DNA of 64,000 nt from Octopus vulgaris (lineage: Eukaryota). Made by a program: the position numbers and the translations under genes. The notes beneath the pieces are model-generated. The model had not been told where the DNA came from. It saw nothing but the letters and a program-made list of their open reading frames with translations, and made no database searches. This document shows, piece after piece, positions 54,266 through 64,000 of the stretch. Numbering within the stretch: the stretch's first letter is position 1; each line of letters opens with the position of its first letter. The stretch lies in assembly GCA_951406725.2 (NCBI GenBank), contig OX597832.1:57598001-57662000 (forward strand), written 5' to 3'.

Positions 54266-55223
54266 CACAGACACACCCATATGCAAGCATGCATACATGC
54301 ACATGCACTAACACACACTCCCCTCCCACACAGACACATACATATAAATGTGTGGTATATTGGTCATACTGTTATACGGTCAATATAAATATCAGTGCTA
54401 AGGTGTTGAGCTGGCAGGGGTCATTAGCCCAATGGGCAAAATGCTCAGAAGCCTTTTATCCAATCTAACCTTCTGAATTCAGACTGCACCTAGGTTAACT
54501 TTGCCGATCGAACAAATACCAGCTGAGTACTGGGGTCGATGTAATCATCTCATCCCCTCCCCCAAAGTTGCTGGCCTTGTGCCAAAATTTGAAATCAGTA
54601 AGAATATGAGAGTTGTGAAAGGAGACATACATGTTGATCAAAGCATGTGCAAAGATAAATACGACTGTTTTAGGCAGAATTTGGTAACAGAGTTTTAGAT
54701 CTCACACATTTGTCATCATCATCATCAGCAGCATCATCATCATCATCATCGTTGTTTAATATCTGCTTTCCATCCTGGCATGGGTTGGACGGTTTGACTG
54801 AGGACTAGCAAGCCAGAAGTTTGCACCAGGCTCCGATTCGATCTGGCAATGTTTCTACAGCTGGATGCCCTTCCTAACACGAACCACTCTGAGAGTGTAG
54901 TGGGTGCCTTTTACGTGCCACTGGCACAAAAGGTAGTCTGGCGGTACTGGCGTCGACCATGCTTGAATGGTACTTTTTATGTGCCACTTGCACAGGGGTG
55001 AGGCAGATGACACTGGTATTGACCACTCTCAAATGGTGCTTTTTATGTTCCACTGGCATGGAAGCCAGTCAGTTGGCACTGGCATTGACCACGCTCGAAT
55101 GGTGCTTGTTTAAACTTCTCATCTCTATGTGCACAGTAGTATTTGCAGAACTACTAAAATATTTTCATTTAAGAATTTTTCTGCAAGATTTCTGGTGTGA
55201 AAACATCTGCTGAAACAGATATT

Positions 55224-55723
55224 ATTATATTTTGGGATGGTCATTTTTTTTTCTTTTTCTTGCCAAATATACACATGCCCTTTATATTCATTCTTCATTC
55301 ATTTATTATTGTTCTTAAGGTGGTGAGCTGGTAGAATCATTAGCATGCCAGGCAAAATGCTTAGCAGTATTTTGTCTGTCTTTATGTTCTGAGTTAAAAT
55401 TCTGCCGAGGTCAGCTTTGCCTTTCATCCTCTTGGGGGGTCAATAAATTAAGTACCAGTTGCATACTTGGGTCGATCTAATCGACTGGGGTTGATCTAAT
55501 CAACTGGGCCCCTCTCCAAAAATTTCGGGCCTTGTGCCTGAAGAAAAGAGAAGAACAGATTATTTATTATTATTCTTATTTTATGTCCATTGTCTGGAAA
55601 TCTTTCGTCACACATCTGAGATCTCTTCAGCGACTCTTCCATCCATGTGTTTGCTGCTGTTCTGTTTTGTCCATTCTCAGTGTACTAAAAAAAAAAACCA
55701 AAAGTGACCATCCCAAAATGTAA
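55224..55723. mobile_element. MITE with ~20 bp TIRs, interrupted by a family B SINE (55316-55556)
   Basis: TTATATTTTGGGATGGTCA ... TGACCATCCCAAAATGTAA. Confidence 0.55.
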
Positions 55724-55899
55724 CACTAAAATGTTTGCATTCTGTTTCTATTCGGAAATATGACTGGAAACTTTAATACTGAAGACAAAAATTTTAAAAA
55801 TTCGACTGGTTTTAAGTTGTGTGTTATTGAATATACTGTAGAGAATGGAAACTAAGATGCTGGGTGAGATCTGTGCTTTGGATAAATGTGACGGATTCT

Positions 55900-56431
55900 G
55901 TTGCACAATCTGAGAAATTGGAATAAAGATTGATACATGTGTGAAGAGACATGATGTTACCTACCTGGCCATTGTTGTTACCTGTCTGGGTGTTGGAGCA
56001 AAATCACAACAGCTTTCCATTGATGCAAGTTAATAAAATATTATTCAAAAGTTCCGTGCTTCAGGTAGATGGAGTCTGAGATCCATGAATAGAAGTGGGT
56101 TAGAATTACGTCAGTGAGACTAGATGAAGACATTGTCGTAGAATAGATGAAAGAGGCATCGGAAAGTCTTCCATGAGAAATGGTGATGAAATCTTTTGTA
56201 AAATGGAGCACTTCCAATACAATGGTCGGAATAGAATATGAATTACTGTTCAAAGACCTTTTAGAGCAGAAGAATGAACAAATGTCTGACCTGGATGGCA
56301 GTTTGACTCTAACAGATGAAGACTGTTATTATTCTGAAACTAGAGTTCTCTTTAATATCGATGGAATTACGTGTATACATGAGAGCAACTTTGATCACAG
56401 AGAATTTTTAGGATTTGGGAACGATAATTAA
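55900..56431 (+). mobile_element. Degenerate pogo/Tigger-like DDE_1 transposase C-terminal fossil
   Basis: QQLSIDASNKILFK resembles LQPLDVSINKPFK; EMVMKSFVKWSTSNTMVGIEYELLF resembles E.V.KSF.KCGISN..DG.EDD.LF. Confidence 0.55.
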
Positions 56432-57119
56432 CAATAGACTGCCAGCAAGAAATTCTATGGACGCACAAAAGCATTGTGTAGATATTATAAATGCATTTTA
56501 AACAAATTTCATTAAAATCAATTTGAAAGGGTATTATTTCATTCTCATTCACTCTCCTGAATTTATATACACTTACCTTCTCCCTGTCTATATATATACT
56601 TGTATTTACCTACCTTCTATGCTTATATATACTGATATATATATTTCCCCAATTCATGTGCACTTACCTTCTCCCTGCTTATATATACTAATATATACCT
56701 ACTTCCTCCATGCTTTTGTGTATATATATACATATGTATACATTTATGTGCCAGTGGCACATAAAAAGCACCATTCGAGCGTGATCATTACCAGCGTCAC
56801 CTTACTGGCACTTATGCTGATGGCACGTGCAAAAACATTCGAGCGAGGTCATTGCCAGTGCTGCTGGACTGGCTTCTGTGCAGGTGGCACATAAAAGCAC
56901 CATTTGAGTGTGGCTGTTGCCAGTACTGCCAGACTGCCCCTCATGCTGGTGGCACGTAAAAGCACCCAATACACTCTCGGAGTGGTTGGCATTAGGATGG
57001 GCATCCGCTGTAGAACTCTGCCAGATCAAGATTGGAGCCTGGTGCAGCCATCTGGTTTGCCAGTCTTCAGTCAAATCGTCCAACCCATGCTAGCATGGAA
57101 AGCGGACGTTAAATGATGA

Positions 57120-57169
<50 letters not shown>

Positions 57170-57834
57170 GCCAAAACTGACCTCGTCTGTGCTGGTGCCA
57201 TGAAAATAGCATTCAGTTCATTCTGTAGGGTGGTTGGTTTTAGCATCCAGCTGTAAAAAAGCCATGCCAAAACAGACAAAGAAGTATGGTGCAGGCTACT
57301 GTCTGGTTGGCTCCTGTCAAACCATCCAACCTTTGCCAGCATGGAAGATGGATGTTAAATGATGATGATGATATACCGGTGTATACTAGCCTTTCCCAAT
57401 TCATATATACTTACCTTCCCCTTGCTTATATATACTTATATATACACCTACTTTGTCCATGCTTATATATATATATAATGCTGGTGGCACGTAAAAAGCA
57501 CTAACCATTCGTGGCCGTTGCCATCCTCCCCTGGCACCTGTGCCGGTGGCATGTAAAAAGCACCCACTACACTCACGGAGTGGTTGGCGTTAGGAAAGGC
57601 ATCCAGCTGTAGGAACACTGCCAGATCAGACTGGAGCCTGGTGCAGCCTCCTGGCTTCCCAGACCCCAGTTGAACCATGGAAAACGGACGTTAAACGATG
57701 ATGATGATATATATATATATATATATATATATTGACTTTTTACTGTCCTTTTTAGTATGTTAGGCAACCTGTTAAGGCTCACCTCTTTGTACTTAAATGT
57801 ACACTAATTTATATATATATATATATTTTTGTTT

Positions 57835-58040
57835 TCATGCAGTTAAATATATGTCCGGTTATAGAGTGACCAATGATGTTGCATCCATAAAGCACTGAGC
57901 TTTATAGATGACTCTTCAGATTCTAATGGCAGAGGGCATATCTGCCTTTAGATTCTGACAAGTTATCTATAGAGTCAAGCACTTTATGAATGCGAAACTA
58001 TTGGTCACTCTCTGACTGGACATATACTTAACTGCATGTA
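57835..58040. mobile_element. Imperfect palindromic MITE-like fold-back, about 205 bp
   Basis: CATGCAGTTAAATATATGTCC...AGAGTGACCAAT...GGCAGA pairs with TCTGCC...ATTGGTCACTCT...GGACATATACTTAACTGCATG. Confidence 0.65.
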
Positions 58041-58044
58041 AATA

Positions 58045-58550
58045 CGAGGATGAGTCAAAAAGTAATGCCATTTTGTTTAGGACAAGTATAATTACCAACA
58101 CAGGAACATGTATCATACATCAAAATGAAGCTGGTCCTCTGTGAATCACATCCCTACTTCTCAACATAGTCACTGTTTCTCTCAATAGCAATGTTCCACC
58201 ATCGAATGAGAGCATGTATTGTTGCCCCATAAAATTCTGTTGACTGTTCTTTGAGCCACTTCTTCACTACAATTTTCACTTTCTTGTCATTGGAATAATG
58301 CGATAGTCTGAAGGCACTAAATCATAACATATAACTGTCGACCAAGTGTGGCATCCTATACGGGACAGTGCTACTGGCGTTTATAGCCCCTGGAAGATAC
58401 CTCTTCCAGCTGGCTAACGATACACATTCTGTGTAATTTCCTGAGTCTTTGAGCCCAGGGCACTGTGTGTGCGCATGCATGCTTGTGTGTGCACATGCAT
58501 GCATGTGTGCATGTGTGTGTGTGCACACATGCAAGAACACAGGCATGTTT
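58045..58550 (-). mobile_element. Second, one-armed copy of the same mariner derivative
   Basis: TA-CGAGGATGAGTCAAAAAGTAATGCC TIR; internal block nearly identical to 41046-41290 in reverse orientation. Confidence 0.85.
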
Positions 58551-59725
58551 GAGCATGCATACACACATATAAAATATGTTTGTATACATAAATACATACA
58601 TACACATGACTACATACACATGTACGCAGGGAATTACCATTAATGTTTGCAAAGTAATTTACTGACATTATGGTAAATATTCTGGATGAAGAGCAAACCG
58701 GAACTCAGTGTCTCAGGCTAAGTGATTCACACAGTTTTAATTAGTTTATTCAGAAATGAGAACCTTGCAAGTGTACAAAAACTAAATATTCTTTCCAAAT
58801 TCAATTTCCAAAATCCTTTCTGTCTTTTTAATGCTAACTCTAAATCCTAATCTAACCCTTAATCCTAATTCTAAACTCTAAACCTAAACTTCTTACTCTA
58901 AACCTAATCCCGTCCAAAATACTTGTTCAGAATCCATAAGCTAATCCCTAATGTGTGCGTGTGATTTCTTTTTAAGGATTGTAATCTCTTATGTTTAAAA
59001 CATAATTCCTCCAAAGAATGTCTCAGAAAACACTACAAGAATGTAAAAAGTTACAGCTGAGGGCTTACTCCCAAACAGAAAAGAGACAGAATTTAAAAAC
59101 TGAAATTGTGAAAAAAAATTTTTTATTTGCAGAATATATTCTCTGATGTTTGCATAGAATCCAAAGAAATTTTGGGAACTTGGGAATGAAAGCTACAGGG
59201 TAGATGTGCTGAGATGTATTGGCGTAAAGCACTGCTGACAGATACAATTTCATCACCATGCTGCTGTTGAATGGGTTTAATTTTAAACTACTGATTACTG
59301 GGTACCAAAGTACCCAGGCAATGCTGGGTACTTTGGTTAGTTTATGCATGCATGTCTGTGGGTGTGTGAGCAGGAGGGGGGACACCAGAGCGAGATGCTG
59401 TGTATCACATGGAAAAGGTAAGGTTAGAAACACCATTGTCCGAAAGTAAGCCAAACATGGAAGAGATATTGGTGAAGCAAAACCTCAAATAGTTTGAGCA
59501 TGCCTGAAGACTGGAAGGAAACTCAGCTAAAGAACAAATGTTTCCTTCACAGCTTGGCTATCAATGTGAAGGATCACAGAAGATCTGATCGCTCTGGCTG
59601 AGATTGTTGTTGGTAATCTCTTGATTCCCAACGAGAGAGGTGAACAGAAGCAAGAAATAGACAACAACATTATTATTTACATTATTTACATTTGACGGAT
59701 ATTTGTCCTCATCTTGTTTGTTGTT

Positions 59726-59771
59726 AACACAACGTTTCAGCTGATATACTCTCCAGCCTTCATCAAGTGTC
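59726..59771 (-). ncRNA. Degenerate minimal hammerhead motif (C3U, extra A after A9)
   Basis: Minus strand: GACAC-UUGAUGA-A-GGCUG-gagaguauau-CAGCU-GAA-ACGU-U-GUGUU. Confidence 0.58.
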
Positions 59772-60689
59772 TTGGGGAAATTTCAAACCTGGGTTCTCAT
59801 TCCTAAGTTATTTTTGATGATGATGATGATGATTTTGTTGTTGTTGTTATTTTTATTCTTGGGGTTAGTAGGGTGGGTGGGTGGGTGGTTGAGTGGGTAG
59901 ATAGGTAGGTATGTTGGCAGATTGACGGATAGCTAGATAGATGGATGGATAGATAGATAAATAGATAGATAGATAGATAGATAGATAGACAGATGGATAA
60001 ACAGACAGATGGATGGTTAAATATATTGATATATAGATAGACCGATCGATTGATAGATAGGTAGATAGATAAATAGAGAAATTGATAGATAGATAAACAG
60101 ACAGATAGATAAATAGACATATTGATCGATAGATAAATAGATAGACAGACAGACAGATAGATAATTCCTTTGCCAGCTATGAAGGTGCTATTATATCAGA
60201 CTGGTTACACTCTCCAGGAACACCACAACCACAACCATTACTCCAAGCTGTGTCTGAACATCATAAATTTAATAAGCCATTCTTTCTTGAGATATATTCT
60301 GTTTATTCACTCATGCGTAACTCCATAGATACTTATCAAGCTAATACATCTATCTAGTCTTTCTCCACCACCACCACCGCCGCCTCCGCCGCCGCCATTA
60401 GATGAAGCAATACAGGGGAGGGTTAAGGCAGGGCAAGTGTCTAAGGGGGAAGATAACATGGCTGCCATATAATATAATAAAAACAAAGCTAAGAGCTGAA
60501 ACAAAAACACAAATTCTCCCAATTAAATTCCCTCTGCTCATTCCAGAAAACAAGCACCATTCCCCCTACTAAACAACAATTACACCGACTAATCAACTGC
60601 ATTGATTCCAAGCAAATACTTTCCTATTATTATTAAATTAGGTTTTAAACGAAACTTTTGAATTTTGCTTCAATAATAAATGTTGTTTA

Positions 60690-61300
60690 TTTCTTGCCTC
60701 TCCTCTTCTCTCTTCTTCGATCTCTGCCTCTTTTTTTTCTCTCTCTATGTCTCATCATTTCTCTTCATCTCTCTCTCTCTCTCTCTCTCCAGCCGACATC
60801 ACTCCATGTTCTTATTCTCTTTCTTATTTTTCTCTCTCTCTCTCTGCTACTTGTTATCTTCCTCTCTCTCTTTCTCCAGTCTATTCCATTATATGTTTCC
60901 TTGATTCTTCTCCTCTCTCTTTCTCTCTCTCCCTTTCAATGTCTCTCTCTTTCTCTGTCTCCTCTTTCTCCTTCCCTCTTTCTCTTTCTCCAATCCATTC
61001 CATTACCTCCTCTGCCTCCTCTCTCTTTATTTTTTTCTCCAGTCTGCTCAACCACATGATCTCATGATGCCCCCTCCTCCTCTTCCTCCTCCCTCTCTCT
61101 CCCTCTCTCTCCAGTCTACTCTCCTACATGTTCTCTTGGTCCTCCTCTCTCTCTCTTTCTCTCTCTATCTCTTTCTCCAATCTACTCCCCTACATTTTCT
61201 CTTGATTCTTCTCCTCTCTCTCTCTCTCTCTCACTCTTGTTCCTTCTTCCTCTCTCTCCAATCTATTCCTCCTACATATCCTTTCCTCCCCACACACCCC
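60690..61300. repeat. Polypyrimidine (CT)n-rich low-complexity tract
   Basis: Directly visible; preceded by (GATA/GACA)n at 59925-60165 and followed by (TTA)/(AAT) arrays from 62365 to the window end. Confidence 0.9.
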
Positions 61301-61596
61301 ACCTACCATTTTCATTATTATTGCAAAAGAGTTCTCAAACATTGCTGTCTTTGCAAGAACAACAAACCTTGTCTTTAGAGTCTCTTCACTGCTTGGAACT
61401 TCACACTCTTATTGTCCTATTATTATTAAGCTAACGAGCTAGCAGAGTCATCTATCTCTTGGTTCTGAGTTCAAATTCCACCCAGATCAACTTTGCATTT
61501 CATCCATTTGGGAGTCGATAAAATAAGTACCAGTTACACACTGGGGTTGAAGCAACCAAGTGCTGGCCCTGTGTCAAAAGCTTGAAACCATTATTT

Positions 61597-62160
61597 TTAT
61601 TGAGTAAGAGAGCAGTGCATGCTATCAAAGTGACACTGGGGTAAAATATATGAAGCCCAATATACCCATCATGATTACCCGTCTGATAAGGGTACACTAG
61701 GAACATGCTTCACAACCATATGCGGATGACATGGTGATCTCATATCAAAATAAATAGCACATGACCTTGCAGGTGGGGCCCAGTTAGAATTTTCTTCTGG
61801 TCAAGTAACACATCCTGCTCAAAAGATCCCTGAATAAGGGTTGTTTAAGGATGTTGAACGAACCACCCATGTTTCCAGAGATGAATTATTCAAACCCCAA
61901 AGAATCCCTCTTAACACACGGCTATGATGCTCCCTATGATACTTCTGCTCGTGATCAGAGATGCACATATCGTCAGCCACTAAGGGACATGCTCAACTGG
62001 TTAAGGTAAAGCAACCGACAAGCAAATCTGTGGTATTGAGCAGAGTATTTGCTGTAGCCCATCTTTTATACAAAGACAAAACAATGTACATGATGACACT
62101 TCCAATCAGTTAAGATCATAAACCATGAGAGCCACTGCCTGGTACTGCATCAGGGCATTT
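61597..62160 (-). mobile_element. Non-coding ~560 bp repeat embedded in (TAA)n, possibly a non-autonomous Dong/R4 derivative
   Basis: Its end AAATGCCCTGATGCAGTACCAG.CAGTGGCTCTCAT recurs at 25800-25930, also next to TAA repeats. Confidence 0.5.
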
Positions 62161-62362
62161 ATCATTATTATTATTATTATTATTATTATTCTATGTTTGA
62201 CTTTTGCTTTACATTTGCACAAGCTGGCTCCAAGTCTCACCCGGAGACCTCAAGAGACAACAAGTTGGAAGTTCGTGTTGGTGTTATGCCTAGGGTGCCA
62301 TATATTTGGTTTTGTACTTAGTGTTGTACTAGTGAACCATACGAAAGTTATGTTTGTTTTAA

Positions 62363-62410
<48 letters not shown>

Positions 62411-63126
62411 CATCATCATCATTTTTATTATTATTATTATTATTTTTATTATTATTGTTGTTGTTATTATTATTATTATCATTATTATTAATATTATTAT
62501 TATTATTATTATTATTATTATCATTGTTGTTGTTGTTGTTGTTATTATTATTGTTATTATTTATTTATTTATTGTTGCTTATTTAAGATTTTTATTCTAA
62601 AATGTAATACTTACTAAAACTATTGATTTTCACTGCTGTTACTGTTGTTGTTGTTTCATTTGGAAATTGAAGCATAAGCATCTTTATCACCACCACCACC
62701 ACCACCGTCATGATCACACCCCAACTTCACCTTTTCCAACTCCCCTAAGGTAACCGATGCGATGAAGTTTTTAATCATCGACTTTCTATAATGGGATTTC
62801 AAAAGAAACGATTTTTAAATTTTTTTAATTTTATTTCTCTTAAAAGAAAAGGAAAAGAAAAAAAAACTAACAAACACCCACACACGCCCACACACAAAGA
62901 GAAAATAACACAGAAAAAGGCAGAGACTGGTAAAAAAAATGACAAAAAGCATATTCTTCCAATATTTTTATCATGAATTATTATCATTATTATTATTATT
63001 ATTATTTATTATTATTATTATTGGTAGAGCTGCCATCCTTAGTTTGACATAGAAACCAGATGTACTTTCTAACAAGATATATTATATAATAATGGTAATG
63101 ATGATAATGATGATGATAATAATCAT

Positions 63127-63165
<39 letters not shown>

Positions 63166-63637
63166 AATAATAATGATGATAACCATAATAATGATGATAG
63201 TGATAACGGTAATAATAACAATAGTAGTAATGATAGTATTGATAACGATAATTATAGTAGTAGTAGTAGTAGTAGTAATGATATTGATATTTGATCTCGT
63301 TATCTTGTTACAATACTGAAATACTGGAGTCGTAGAGAAATGGTGTAGAAGAATTGGTTGTAAAGGTGTGGCTGGTTTGATCTGTTGTATTGATATTTCT
63401 TCAGAATATCTACAAGATATTTGTGTGTGTGTGTGTTGTGTTTGTGTGTTTTGTGTGTGATATTTAATTCAAGAAGAAGGAGAAAAAATACGGATATCTA
63501 TATTATAATGATATTAATGATGATGATGGTGGAGATGGTGGTGGTGGTGGTGTTGGTGGTGGTGGCAGTGGTAGTGGTTGTGATAGCTCTAAACAAAACA
63601 CAACGGAAAGCAAATAACAATATTTATAATAATGATG

Positions 63638-63679
<42 letters not shown>

Positions 63680-63871
63680 TTAAAGTAATAATGATAATGA
63701 TAATAATAATAATTTAAAGTAATAATGATAATGATGATAATAATAATAATAACAATGAAGATGATGATAGTAATGATAGTAATAATAATAATAATAATGA
63801 TAATAGCAATGATGATGATGATGCTGATGTCTAGAATGATAAATAATTTCTTTTATTTACAATAACAACAA

Positions 63872-63915
<44 letters not shown>

Positions 63916-64000
63916 ATAATAATAATAATAATAATAACAGTAATGGTAATAATAATAATCATATTGATTATGATGAGGATGATGATGAGGAGGAGGAGGA

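Noticed and set aside
58830-58950. Interstitial telomere or chromosome fusion scar
   Set aside because: Too degenerate and short, with no head-to-head arrays.
59460-59650. Possible RTE C-terminal fossil and a CTGAAGA...GAAAC string at ~59503
   Set aside because: Similarity is too weak; stem II is only 2 bp and there is no convincing stem I or III.

Overview
AT-rich, repeat-saturated animal genomic DNA; the SINE families and microsatellite load point to an octopus/coleoid cephalopod (inference). Nearly all ORFs in the track are microsatellite artefacts. Host-gene content is two phase-compatible + strand exons of IFT80 (28572-28719, 51805-51976) separated by a 23 kb intron. The rest is intronic: an apparently intact RTE-clade LINE (ORF 16707-19874; APE + RT + embedded PHD finger) with about 17 copies of its 3' end, three tRNA-derived SINE families, and fossils of Tx1/L1, CRE, R4/Dong-like, RTE/BovB-like, mariner and pogo elements and MITEs. 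The most notable unannotated signal is a set of minimal type I hammerhead ribozyme motifs in five unrelated repeat contexts (12479, 39336, 48013, 48484-48856, 59726), each with a palindromic stem III. One has a compensatory G3:C8 core, and one sense-strand tandem pair sits next to its own antisense copy. Also notable: a candidate in-frame intron at the LINE 5' end and a tandem array of candidate H-type pseudoknots in the LINE 3' UTR. All structures were read by eye; no searches were run, and repeat boundaries are approximate unless TSDs or TIRs are quoted.
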